Assembly (NCBI GenBank): GCA_030390025.1
Contig: JASTWF010000328.1
Location: forward strand, 372,001-436,000
Length of the DNA stretch: 64,000 nucleotides
Direction: 5' to 3'
DNA from: Squalus acanthias
Taxonomy: Eukaryota
Both the position numbers and the translations under genes were made by a program. The notes under the pieces were generated by a model that saw nothing but the letters and a program-made list of their open reading frames with translations, ran no database searches and was not told the origin of the DNA. Positions 47,785 to 61,200 of this stretch are shown here, in pieces (the stretch's first letter is position 1; every line of letters starts with the position of its first letter).

Positions 47785-49380
47785 ATGCCAACATCCTGCT
47801 CACTACCCATTACCGTCAATATCCCACCTAGTCTAATGCCAACCTCCGGCTCACTACCCATTACTGTTAATATCACACCTAGTCTAATCCCAACCTCCTG
47901 CTCTCTGCCCATTACCGTTCATATCCCACCTAGTCTAATCCCAACCTCCTGCTCACTACCCATTACCGTTAATATCCCAACTAGTCTAATTCCAACCTCC
48001 TGCTCACTGCCCATTACCGTTAATATCCCACCTAGTCGAATCCCAACCTCCTGCTCACTGCCCATTACCGTTAATATCCCACCTAGTCTAATCCCAACGT
48101 CCTGCTCACTGCCCATTACCGTTAATATCCCACCTAGTCTAATCCCAACCTCCTGCTCACTACCCATTACCGTTCATATCCCACCTAGTCTAATCCCAAC
48201 CTCCTGCTCACTACCCATTACCGTTAATATCCAACCTAGTCTAATCCCAACCTCCTGCTCACTACCCGTCACCGTTAATATCCAAACTAGTCTAATCCCA
48301 ACCTCCTGCTCACTACCCAGTACTGTTAATATCCCACCTAGTCAAATCCCAACCTCCTGTTCACTATACGTCACCGTTAATATCCAACCTAGTCTGATCC
48401 CAACCTCCTGCTCACTGCCCATTACCGTTAATATCCCACCTAGTCTAATCCCAAACTCCTGCTCACTGCCCATTACCGTTAATATCCCACCTAGTCTGAT
48501 CCCAGCCTCCTGCTCACTACCTATTACCGTTAATATCTCACCTAGTCTAATCCCAACCTCCTGCTCACTGCCCATTACTGTCAATATCCCACCTTGTCGA
48601 ATCCCAACATCCTGCTTACTATTCATTACCGTTAAAATCCCACTTAGTCTAATCCCAACATTCTGCTCACTGTCCATTACCGTTAATATCCCACCTAGTC
48701 TAATCCCAACCTCCTGCTTACTATCCATTACTGTTAAAATCCCACTTAGTCTAATCCCAACATCCTGCTTACTACCCATTACCGTTAATGTCCAATCCCA
48801 ACCTCCTGCTCAGTACCCATTACAGTTAATATCCCACCTAGTCTAATCCCAACCTGCTGCTTACCACCCATTACCGTTAATAAACCACCTCGTCTAATCC
48901 ACACCTCCTGCTCACTACCCGTCACCGTTAATATCCAACCTAGTCTAATCCCAACCTCCTGCTCACTACCCATTACCGTTAATATCCCACCTAGTCTAAT
49001 CCCAACCTCCTGCTCACTGTCCATTACTGTTAATATCCCACCTAGTCTAATCCCAACCTCCTGCTCTCTGCCCATTGCCGTTAATATCCCACCTAGTCTA
49101 ATCCCAACCTCCTGCTCACTACCCATTACCGTTAATATCCCACCTAGTCTAATCCCAACCTCCTGCTCACTGCCCATTACCGTTAATATCCCACCTAGTC
49201 TAATTCCAACCTCCTGCTCACTACCAGTTACCGTTAATATCCACCTAGTCGAATCCAACCTCCTGCTCACTACCCATTCCCGTTAATATCCCACCTAGTC
49301 TAATTCCAACCTCCTGCTGACCGCATTATGGTTAGTATCCCAATTAGTCCAGATGCAATCTTCTGTTCACTCCCCATACT
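47785..49380. repeat. 51-bp minisatellite, ~30 copies
   Basis: Same unit as 18340-18800; 17-codon periodicity in the ORF track. Confidence 0.96.
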
Positions 49381-50514
49381 CCAGCATTCCTTTCTATCCA
49401 CGCAGCAATAGAAATAGATGTTATCAAAAAAATGTCCACTTGCTTCCACAATAATCTGTGATTGAATTATGCTTTCTAACCACCTCGAGTGTAAATACAT
49501 TTATCAACGTTCACCCCAATTCTTCGAGTTAGCCTAAATATGTGCCCTCCGGGCAATCAGTGGAAACTATCAGTAACTATTTATTTGATCATAACTCTTC
49601 AGATTCTGAAGACTTGCAGCAACTCCTCACTTAATCTGCTCACCTCTAGTGGAATGAGGCCAACGTTCTCAAATCGCAGTCTATAACAGTAACTCCACAT
49701 CCCTGCTAACATCCTAGTGCAATTGCACGTATGTTTTCCATTGCTTTTACATTGTATAAATGGAGTGTCCAAACTTGTACACAACTGGGTAAATTACCAG
49801 CCCCCTTTGCTCCTGGTGTGGAACGTCGCTCCCCAGGGGGGAACATGAGGAAATTGAGATTATTCAGTCTGTAATTACCAGACCCTGTGCTCTTGGTGTG
49901 CAACGTTTACTCCCCAGGGGGGTACATGAGGACATTGAGATTACTCAGCCTGTCATTTACCGTCCGCTTACTTTAATGGTTTGGTTTCTGCACCAATTTG
50001 TTCACGGAGTGAGTGACTGCGGAATGAAATAGTGGTCGTTTCATATTTTTGCAATAGGCCAGATTTTATGGTAGAAATAACGGTGGGGCTAACAGCGCTC
50101 ACTGTTAAAGTGTAAATTGGACAGTAACTTCCAGCGACCGCACAGGCGGAGTTAAACACGAAAATCGTGAATGTCCTGTCCGAATAGCCCTGCTGCTTCC
50201 AAAGCTGCGCGAGAAAGGTATCTCGCCGAGAGACTCGCCATTGAAATGCATGGAACGGCGTAAAATTACTGTACTTACCTGAAAGATACACAGGAAACTC
50301 GCCAGGAAAAGTCAGGGCTTGCTTATTCCAGTGTAATTATTTGTTTAACGGCGTGATCAGTCTTAACTAATGCCAGACAACCTCTCTGGCACAGAAAATT
50401 AACTTTTAAAGGTGTGGATTCACATTTCTTCCGATTTTAACTATTGTTGGAGCGGTGCAAACAAAAATTCAATAATGATTGTACCATTTCTTTCTGTCTC
50501 TTTATTCGCTCCCT

Positions 50515-50910
50515 CTGAACATAAGAAGATAAGAAATATTAGCAGGAGTCGGCCATTTATCCCTTCGAGCCTGCTCCGCCATTCAATAAGATCATGGATG
50601 ATCTTCTATCTCATCTCCCCTTTCCTGCAATATCCCCATATCCCTTGATTCACTTAAGATTCAAAAATCTAACGATCTCTGTCTTGAATATACTCGACAG
50701 CGGAGCCTCAACAGCCCTCTGGGGTAGAGAATTCCAAAGAGTCACCACCATTTGAGTGAAGAAATTTCTCCGTACCTCAGTCCTAAATGGCCGACCCCTT
50801 TTTCTAAGACTGTGACCCCTGGTTGCAGACTCCCCAGTCAGGGGAAGCATCCTCCCTGCATCTACCCTGTCAAGCCCTGTAAGAATTTTGTATGTTTCAG
50901 TGAGATGCAT
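50515..50910 (-). mobile_element. CR1 3' fragment
   Basis: ETYKILTGLDRVDAGRM..FFTQMVVTLWNSLP; AACATAAG tail. Confidence 0.85.
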
Positions 50911-51104
50911 TCTGAATCCAATCTTTCTTTCCCTCTCTTTATTTCCCTTTCTACATTTGATTTGACATTGCATTCTATATTCTAACTAAGACTTCCTGGT
51001 TCAGACTTTGCGTAAGGATTCTTCAAGCTGATTGGTTAAGGAAACATACAGTCGCTTCTCCTGTTCCCTCTGTAGAGGGCGCTGGGCGTTTTGGCTCTAA
51101 TTTA

Positions 51105-53110
51105 CACTGACGATGAAGGAACGGCGATATATTTTCAAGTCAGGATCGTATGTTACTTGAAGTGGAACTTGGAGGTGGTGGTGTTTCCATGCGGATGCTG
51201 CTCTTGTCCTTCTAGGTGGCAGAGGGCGCGGGTTTGAGAGGTGCTGTCAAAGAAGCCTTGGCGAACTGCTGCAGTTCTTTCTGTAAATAGCACACACTGC
51301 AGCGATGGTGCACCGTTGGTGGAGGGATTGGATGTTTAAGGTGGTGGGTGGGCTGCCGATGAAGCGTATTTCTCTGTCCTGGATTGCTGGAGCTTCTTGA
51401 GTGTTGTTGCAGCTGCACCTATCCAGGCAAGTGGAGAGTTTTCCATCACACGCCGCAGTTGTACCTTATAGGTGCAGGAGAGGCTCCTGGGTGGCCAGGA
51501 GTTGAGCCACTCGCCACAGAATACCCAGCCTCTTACCTGCTCTAGCAGCCACGAGTTTTTTTGTGGCTAGTCAATGGTAGGTATTTGACGATGGCAATGC
51601 CAGTGAATGACAAACAGACATGGTTGGACTCTCTTGTGGGAGATGGGCATTGCCTGAAACTTGTGGGGCGCGAATGTTACTTGCCACTCGTCTGCCCAAG
51701 CCTAGATTTTATCCAGGACTTGCTGCATGCGATCATGGACCGCTTCATTATCTGACGAATTGAAAATGGAGCTGAACACTGCAATTATCAGAACATCCCC
51801 ACTCCTAGCGTTATGATGGAGGGAAGGTAATTGGCGATGCAGCTGAAGTGGTCAATCCGAAGATTCTGCCCCGAGGAACTCCTGCAGTGATGTCCTGGTG
51901 CTGAGACGATTCGCCTCCAACAACCACACTCCATGGTGCCACACACGTCGAACACTGCCTTGATGTCAAGCTCAGTCACTGTCACCTCACAGCTGGAATT
52001 CAGTTCTTTGGTCCTTGTTTGGAGTCGATTGGTCCTGGTGGAACTCAAATTGAGCCTCGGTGAGCAGCTTATTTGTGATTAAGTGCTGCTTGATAGCAGT
52101 GTTGAGAACTCCTTCCAACCCTTTGATGATTGAGAGCAGGCTGATAGGGCGGTAATTGATCGGGTTGGATTTGTCCTGCTCTTTGTGGACAGGACATACC
52201 TGGACAATTCTCTACATTGTCGAGCAGATTCCAGTGCTGTGGATGTACTGGAACAACTTTACTAGATGTGCGGTTAGTTCCAGAGCACAGATCTTCAACA
52301 CCACAGCCAGAATGTTGTCGGGACCTGGAGCATTTGCTGTGCCCAGTGCATTCATTTGTTTCTTGATATCGAAATGCGGGGGAACTAGGCACTAAATCTC
52401 ACACCTACTGTACATTCTGGACCTTTTGTCAACTTTAGTTATTCCTCCAAGTTGTGTTCAAAATGGAGGAGCATTGATTCATCGGCTGAGGGAGTGTGGT
52501 AGGTGGTAATCAGCAGGAGGTTTCCTTGCCGATGTTTGACCTGAGCCCATGAGACTTCATAGGCTCCGGAGTCAATGTTAATGATTCCCAGGGCACTTGC
52601 ATCTGAGGGTATTTCACTGCCCCACCGCTGGTGGGTCTGTCCTACTGGGACAGGAAATACCGATGAATGCTGATGGAGGTGCCTGGGACGTTGGCTAATA
52701 AATATGATTTTATAAGTATCACTACGTCACACAGTTGCTTGACTAATGTGTGGTCCACTTCTCCTTACTTTGGCACCAGTCCCCAGGTGTTAGTGAGGAG
52801 GGCTTTGCAGGGTTGACTGGACTGGATGTTCCTTCGTGGTGTCCGAATCCAATGCCAAAGCCGAGCGGTCCGCCCGGTTTTATTCTTCCGTATCCTTCTT
52901 TCGAGAGGCTTTCTCCGCCATTTCAGAGGCCATCACTTTGCTGAAGGACTGGAGTCACATATAGGCAAGACGAAAAGGACATTAGGTTTTACGATAATCG
53001 TTATTAATATCAGCTTTTTATTTAGAAATGTTTCAAATTCATGAAACGTCCACGATGGGATTTGAACCGTTGTCTCTGGATTACTCGTCCAGTAACATAA
53101 CCAACAGGCC
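51105..53110 (-). mobile_element. Decayed, internally deleted 'family B' LINE with a tRNA-like 5' head
   Basis: Matches 35695-37130 in reverse; EN-like region at ~52430-52810; B-box GGTTCAAATCCC (reverse at 53057-53068). Confidence 0.7.
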
Positions 53111-53374
53111 ATCGTTCTCGACGCCTCGTCAGCTCTGTGTCCATTGTCTGATTGCACCTCTGTGAAGTGCCTTTCGACGTTTTCTTTTTTGCATTAAAGG
53201 TATTATATAAATGTAATATTTGATGATGAAAGTCCTGACTACACCAACCCCATTGCTGGATATATGTTCCCGGTTACCGAAGTTTCATACCGGCAGCGGA
53301 TGTGCAAAATAACGGGTGTCAGACATTTCAATTACCGGTGGGAAAAGCGATTAGATTTTTCATCATTATTTTTA

Positions 53375-56300
53375 AGAACATAAGAAATAGCAGCAGGAGT
53401 AGGCCATTCGGCCCTTCGAGCCTGTTCCGCCATTCAATGAGATCATGGCTGATCTTCTGCCTCAACTCCATTCACCGGCTCTATCACCATATCCCTTGAT
53501 GCCTTTACTAGTCAGAAATCTATCGACTTCTGTTTAGAATATACCCAATGACTGAGCCTCCACAGCCCTCTGGGGTAGAGAATTCCAAAGATTCACCACC
53601 CTCTGTGTGAAGAAATTTCCTCTCATCTCAGTCCTGAATGGCCTACCCTTTATCCTGAGGCTGTGGCCCTTGGCTCTAGACTCCCCAACCAAGGGAAATA
53701 TTCTCCCGGCATCCATCCTATCAAGCCCTGTAATAATTTTGTATGTTCAATGAGATCCCTTCTCATTCTTCTGAATTCAAGCGAATACCGGCCGAGTTTA
53801 CTGAATCTCTTCTCATACGACAGTCCTGCCATCCCAGGAATCAATCTCGTGAACCTTCGCTGCACTCCCTCTATGGCAAGTTTGTCCTTCCTTAGGTAAG
53901 GAGACCAAAATTGTACACAGTACTCCAGGTGTGGTCTCACCAAGGCCCTATATAATTGGAGTAAGACTTCTTTACTCCTGTACTCAAATCCTCTTGTAAT
54001 GAAGGCCAGCATACCAATTGCATTCCTAATGGCTTGCTGCACCTGCACATTCACTTTGTGACTCATGTACAAGGACACCCAGGTCCCTTTGAGCATCTGC
54101 ATTCCCCAATCTTTCACCATTTAGTAAATACTCTGCCTTTCTGTTTTTTCCACCAAAGTGGATAACTTTACATTTATCCACATTATAATCCATCTGCTAT
54201 GTTCTCGTCCACTCACTGAGCCTGTCGAGATCCCCTTGAACCCTCTTCACATCCTCTTCACAATTGCCACTGCCACCTAGCTTTGTATCATCAGCAAATT
54301 TGGAAATGTTACATTTAGTCCCCTCATCCAAATCATTGATATCGATTGTGAATAGCTGGGGCCCAAGCACCGATCCTTGTGGTACCCCACTAATCACAGC
54401 CTGTCATCCTGAAAAAGACCCGTTTATCCCTACACTTTGTTTTCTGTCTCTTAAGCAAATCTCAATCCATGCAGGTATTTTACCCTCAATTCCATGTGCC
54501 CTAATTTTGCTCACCAACCTCTTGTGTGGGACCTTATCGACGGCCTTCTGAAAATCCAGATACTCCACATCTACCGGTTCCCCTTTGTCTACTCCACTAG
54601 TCACATCCTCAAAGACCTCCAATAGGTTTGTCAAACAGGATTTCATTTTCATAAATCCATGTTGACTCTGCCCAATCTTGCTATTAGTTTCTAAGTGCCC
54701 AGTTATTGCATCCTTTATAATAGATTCCAGCATTTTCCCATCTACTGATGTGAGGCTAACAGGTCTGTAGTTCCCCGTTTTCTCGCTCCCTCCTTTCTTA
54801 AATAGCGGGGTTACATTTGCTATCCTCCAATCTGCAGGAACCGTTCCAGAATCTATAGAATGTTGGAAGATGACAACCAATACGTCCACTATCCCAATGG
54901 CCACCTCTTTCAAAACTCGAGGATGTAGGTCATCCGGTCCTTGGGATTTATCGACTTTTAGTCCCATTAAATTTGCCAGTACTGTTTTTTTACTAATAAT
55001 TTCTTTAAGTTCCTCATTCTCGCCATTCCCTTTGATTTCTCGTCTTTCTGGGAGGCTTTTTGTGTCTTCCTCCCTACTAGTTTTGCTGACTACTTGTCCA
55101 ACTTTCACTTCCAGCTTTGTTTCTCTCCGTTCTGGGCCCACACTTAGGTTCCCAGCCCACTGACAAACTAGTTTAAATCCTTCCCAACAGCACTAGCAAA
55201 CCCCCCTGCGAGGATATTGGTCCCGGTTCTGCCGAGGAGTAATCCGTCCAGCTTGTACATGTCCCACCTTCCCCAGAATCTGTCCCAATGCCTCAGGAAT
55301 TTAAATCCCTGCTTCCTACATCATCTCTCCAGCCACGCATTCATCTGGTCTATTCTCCTATTTCTGCTCTCGCTAGCACGTGGCACTGGGAGTAATCCTG
55401 AGATTACTATCTTTGTGGTCCTGCTTTTTAATTTATTACCTAGCTCCCTATAATCTGCTTGCAGGACCTCGTCCCTCTTTCTACCTGTATCGTTGGTACC
55501 GATATGGACCACGACCTCTGGCTGTTCACCCTCCCCCTTCAGAATGTCCTGCAGCCGCTCAGTGACATCCTTGACCCTGGCACCAGGGAGGCAACATACC
55601 ATCCTGGAGTCACGTCTGCGTCTACAGAAACGTCTATCTGTTCCCCTTACGATAGAATCCTCTATCACTTTTGCTCTCCCACTCTTTTTCCTCCCCTCCT
55701 GTGCAGCTGAGACTCTCGTAATGCCACGGACTTGGCTCTTGCTGCATTCCCCTGAGAAACCATCTCCCCCAGCAGTATCCAAAAGGGAAAATCTGTTGGA
55801 GAGGGAGATGGAACCAGGGGACTCCTGCACTACCTTCCTAGTTCTTTTACTATGTTTTGCAGTCACCCATTCCCTGTCTGCCTGTGCACTCTTTACCTGC
55901 GGTGTGACCACCTCGTTAAACGTGCTGTCCAGGTAGATCTCAGCTTCGCGGATGCTCCACTGTGATTCCAGCCGCTGCTGCAGATCCGAAATGCGGATTT
56001 CGAGTAGCTGCAGCTGGAGACACTTCCTGCACACATGTGTTCGCCCTGGACACCTAAAGTGTCCCTGACTTCCCACATAGCACAGGAGGAGCACTCCATG
56101 CTGCCGAGCTGCCCTGCCATGTCCTACCCTTAATTTACTCCCTTTACTTCCTTCAAATTGAACTACATTAAATACACTAGGGACCTTACCTCACTTTAAA
56201 CACAACTTACTCTAAACTAGAGACTTTACTTTGACTTTAACGCCTGGACTGCAGAAATATTCACCAGGTCCTGCTTACCAATCAGCTCCTTCCCTGGTTG

Positions 56301-57150
56301 TGACGTCACTAGCGGTTTTGCAGTTGTTGTTGATTCACTGCTCCCGCTCTCGGATTCTTTCCTCGGTGTAAAGTAAGAACGAATTCCTACAGAGTGAAAA
56401 GTTAGGGAAAGCAAAGGCGAAGCAAGGGAGCTCCTCCTTCCACTCCTCACCCATCTAACTCCCTAACTCACCCAACTCTCAGCTCTCTGTTCAAACCGCA
56501 CTTAGTGCAGATCGCACTGCGAAGCCTGTTTTTATCGGCCTAGTTTCCCTAATTAACTGCGTTCAGCTGCTTTGAATTATCCTCTGCCTTCTCCGGGGCT
56601 GCCGACTCCTTTCAGGTCCGCTGTCCTCGGCCTCCCGCGCTCTTTATCCTCTGCCTTCTCCGGGGCTGCCGACTCCTTTCAGGTCCGCTGTCCTCGGCCT
56701 CCCGCGCTCTTTATCCTCTGCCTTCTCCGGGGCTGCCGACTCCTTTCAGGTCCGCTGTCCTCGGCCTCCCGCGCTCTTTATCCTCTGCCTTCTCCGGGGC
56801 TGCCGACTCCTTTCAGGTCCGCTGTCCTCGGCCTCCCACGCTCTTTATCCTCTGCCTTCTCCGGGGCTGCCGACTCCTTTCAGGTCCGCTGTCCTCGGCC
56901 TCCCGCGCTCTTTATCCTCTGCCTTCTCCGGGGCTGCCGACTCCTTTCAGGTCCGCTGTCCTCGGCCTCCCGCGCTCTTTATCCTCTGCCTTCTCCGGGG
57001 CTGTGACTCCTTTCAGGTCCGCTGTCCTCGGCCTCCTGCGCTCTTTATCCTCTGCCTTCTCCGGGGCTGCCGACTCCTTTCAGGTCTGCTGTCCTCGGCC
57101 TCCCGTGCTCTTTATCCTCTGCCTTCTCCGGGGCTGCCGACTCCTTTCAG
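53375..57150 (-). mobile_element. CR1 with 5'UTR, ORF1 (Cys motif plus SGNH/GDSL esterase), deleted endonuclease, decayed RT and 3' tail
   Basis: CSSCAMWE, EDSIVRG, CLPGARV, VVVHIGTND; junction near 55070 into the pre-RT region; DFQKAVD, FADDTK; AAGAACATAAG tail. Confidence 0.9.
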
Positions 57151-57152
57151 GT
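56575..57152. repeat. 67-bp CpG-rich tandem repeat, ~8.5 copies
   Basis: Unit TTATCCTCTGCCTTCTCCGGGGCTGCCGACTCCTTTCAGGTCCGCTGTCCTCGGCCTCCCGCGCTCT. Confidence 0.95.
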
Positions 57153-57674
57153 CGATGGGTCAATTCTCCGGCCCTTTACATCAACAGTGATTATTTCGAT
57201 TAGTCGGCGTAATTTCTCAAGCAGTTTTCTAGCTGCTTCTCTCACTTCAGATTCGTTCCTTTCCTGCAAATGATGTTCTGACTCGCTGCTGTTTTATTTC
57301 GAAGTAAATCACAAATTATGACGGCAGGAAAAAATGTGAGAAATGAGTGTATCATATCGTCAATCAGTAATCTGATGTCATGTTGGACACTGAAGGACAG
57401 AGAAAACTAATCAGATTACAACTGCTGCAGATTCTCAGTGATTCCTCGCTCTCCGAGAATTATAATTCATTCCATTTCTTTGCCATTAATGACGAAATCA
57501 AGATGCTTACAGAATATTTAGCCCTGTTCAGAATGGATCGGTACCCGGCCCAGTGACTGATTCCTCTGTACAAACCAACTGGGAGGTCCCATCACTGAAC
57601 AGATCCTTTCCTTCTCATTCTCAGTGTTTATCTTTCACTTCACTCCTCAATACATTCATTATTATTCTTTACAG

Positions 57675-57846
57675 AAAATCACTGATCTCGTGGAGAAGGG
57701 AAACCGGGTGGACAGTTCCAAACTTCTCCTAAATCTGGTGATGGAGAAAGGCTCTCGGGCCCGAAGGGTGATGTGGGAATCCTTTGTGAATATGCGCCAT
57801 GGGGTACCAAAGCTGGACAAAATACTGAAAGAAATGCAGGACCTTG
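57675..57846 (+). CDS. NLR-like gene, third coding exon (KITDLVEKGNRVDSSKLLLNLVMEKGSRARRVMWESFVNMRHGVPKLDKILKEMQDL), CARD/death-fold-like helices
   Basis: Acceptor TCTTTACAG, donor TG|GTACGG, 172 nt, phase 0 to 1, in frame with exon 2; LLxLVMEKGSRA resembles CARD helix 4-5 motifs. Confidence 0.85.
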
Positions 57847-57951
57847 GTACGGTAAACTCAGACACTGCATTCAATTTCACATTCAAACAAAGCATGATTT
57901 GCTATAATATTACACAGAGCTGATTTAATGAATGCTAATTGAATTAAACAG

Positions 57952-58017
57952 GTTCTGATCCATTTGATAACATAAACATCGCACGAGGTTTATCCGAAGT
58001 ACCAAGTCAGCTGAAAG
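57952..58017 (+). CDS. NLR-like gene, fourth coding exon (GSDPFDNINIARGLSEVPSQLK)
   Basis: Acceptor AAACAG, donor AAG|GTAAGT, 66 nt, phase 1 to 1, in frame with exon 3. Confidence 0.8.
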
Positions 58018-58289
58018 GTAAGTGACGACGGGGAGATTTGAAAACATTTATTTCACTTCTGAGAATCAGAATAATTGGCTTTAGCCGTTTGTTTAGAGGT
58101 TTCAGAATCAGGGAATCAGAAGTTCAAAGCCTGGAAATATTGGATTGCACGTCATTTAGATTTATCATCAATCCAAAGCTATTCCGTACAGATTCAAATT
58201 ACAAATCAGACCATTTCTGAAGTTTCCTGTAAATATGCGGACGTGGCATCATTTCACTAAATCCGTCTGCTGATCCATTTCAGTATTGA

Positions 58290-61200
58290 AAAACAATGCA
58301 CACCTGGCAGGATCCTGATACACTGTGAAACCCCATGCACACCTGGCAGGATCCTGATACACTGAAACCTCATACACACATGGCAGGAACCTGATTCACA
58401 ATGCAACACCATACATACCTGGCAGGCTCCTGATACACTGTGAATTCCCATACACACCTGGCAGGATCCTGATACACTGAAACCTCATACACAGCTGGCA
58501 GGATCCTGATACACTGTGAAATCCAATGCACACCTGGCAGGATCCTGATACACTGAAACCCCATACACACCTGGCAGGATCCTGATGCACTGTGAAACAC
58601 CATACACACCAGGCAGGATCCTGATACACTGTGAAACACCATACACACCAGGCAGGATCCTGATACACTGTGAAACACCATACACACCTGGCAGGATCCT
58701 GATACACTGTGAAACCCCATACACACCTGGCAGGATCCTGATACACTGTGAAACCCAAAACACACCTGGCAGGATCCTGATACACTGAAACCCCATACAA
58801 ACCTGGCAGGATCCTGATAAACTGAATCCTCATCCTGAAACCCCATACACACCTGGCAGGATCCTGATACACTGCGAAACCCTATACACAGCTGACAGTA
58901 TCCTGATACTCTGTGAAACCCCATACACACCTGGCAGGATCCTGATAAACTGAAACCTCATACATACCTGGCAGGATACTGATACACTGTGAAACCCCAT
59001 ACACACCTGGCAGGATCCTGATACACTGTGAAATGCAATGCACACCTGGCAGGATCCTGATACACTGAAACCTCATACACACCTGGCAGGATCCTGATAC
59101 ACTGTGAAACCCCATACACACCTGGCAGGATCCTGATACACTGAAACCTCATACACACCTGGCAGGATCCTGATGCACTGTGAAACCCCATACACACCTG
59201 GCAGGATCCTGATACACTGTGAAACCCCATACACACCTGGCAGGATCCTGATACACTGTGGAAACCCCATACACACCTGGCAGGATCCTGATACACTGAA
59301 ACCCCATACACACCTGGCAGGATCCTGATACACTCTGAAACCCCATACACACCTGGCAGGATCCTGATACACTGAAACCCCATACACACCTGGCAGGATC
59401 CTGATAAACTGAAACCTCATACATACCTGGCAGGATACTGATACACTGTGAAACCCCATACACACCTGGCAGGATCCTGATACACTGTGAAATGCAATGC
59501 ACACCTGGCAGGATCCTGATACACTGAAACCTCATACACACCTGGCAGGATCCTGATACACTGTGAAACCCCATACACACCTGGCAGGATCCTGATACAC
59601 TGCGAAACCCTATACACAGCTGACAGTATCCTGATACTCTGTGAAACCCCATACACACCTGGCAGGATCCTGATACACTGAAACCTCATACACACCTGGC
59701 AGGATCCTGATGCACTGTGAAACCCCATACACACCTGGCAGGATCCTGATACACTGTGAAACCCCATACACACCTGGCAGGATCCTGATACACTGTGAAA
59801 CCCCATACACACCTGGCAGGATCCTGATACACTGTGAACCCCATACACACCTGGCAGGATCCTGATACACTGTGGAACCCCATACACACCTGGCAGGATC
59901 CTGATACACTGTGAAACCCCATACACACCTGGCAGGATCCTGATACACTGTGAAACCCCATACACACCTGGCAGGATCCTGATACACTGTGAACCCCATA
60001 CACACCTGGCAGGATCCTGATACACTGTGAACCCCATACACACCTGGCAGGATCCTGATACACTGAAACCCCATACACACCTGGCAGGATCCTGATACAC
60101 TCTGAAACCCCATACACACCTGGCAGGATCCTGATACACTGAAACCCCATACACACCTGGCAGGATCCTGATACACTGTGGAACCCCATACACACCTGGC
60201 AGGATCCTGATACACTCTGAAACCCCATACACACCTGGCAGGATCCTGATACACTGTGGAACCCCATACACACCTGGCAGGATCCTGATACACTCTGAAA
60301 CCCCATACACACCTGGCAGGATCCTGATGCACTCTGAAACCCCATACACACCTGGCAGGATCCTGATACACTGAAACCCCATACACACCTGGCAGGATCC
60401 TGATGCACTCTGAAACCCCATACACACCTGGCAGGATCCTGATACACTGAAACCCCATACACACCTGGCAGGATCCTGATACACTGTGAAACCCCATACA
60501 CACCTGGCAGGATCCTGATACACTGAAACCCCATACACACCTGGCAGGATCCTGATACACTGAAACCCCATACACACCTGGCAGGATCCTGATGCACTCT
60601 GAAACCCCATACACACCTGGCAGGATCCTGATACACTGAAACCCCATACACACCTGGCAGGATCCTGATACACTGTGAAACCACATACACACCTGGCAGG
60701 ATCCTGATACACTGAAACCCCATACACACCTGGCAGGATCCTGATACACTGTGAAACCACATACACACCTGGCAGGATCCTGATACACTGAAACCCCATA
60801 CACACCTGGCAGGATCCTGATGCACTCTGAAACCCCATACACACCTGGCAGGATCCTGATTCACTGTGAACCCCCATACTCACCTGGCAGGATCCTGATA
60901 TACTGTGAAACCCCAAACACACCTGGCAGGATCCTGATACACTGCGAAACCCTATACACACCTGGCAGGATCCTGATACACTGTGAAACCCTATACACAC
61001 CTGGCAGGATCCTGATACACTGCGAAACCCCATACACACCTGGCAGGATCCTGATACACTGCGAAACCCTATACACACCTGGCAGGATCCTGATGCACTG
61101 TGAACCCCCATTCACACCTGCCAGGATCCTGAAACACTGTGAAACCCCGTACACTCCTGGCAGGATCCTGAGACACTGTGAAACCCCATACACTCCTGGC

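Noticed and set aside
47785..49270. Mucin-like 353-aa ORF (IPTSCSLPITVN repeats)
   Set aside because: The 51-bp unit is a multiple of three; stops and frameshifts occur, and the array is intronic
49793..49955. ~80-bp direct duplication
   Set aside because: Two diverged copies with no recognisable functional or transposon signature
49950..51100. Possible further MITE starting near AGGCCAGATTTT (~50056)
   Set aside because: No matching second TIR or TSD could be located
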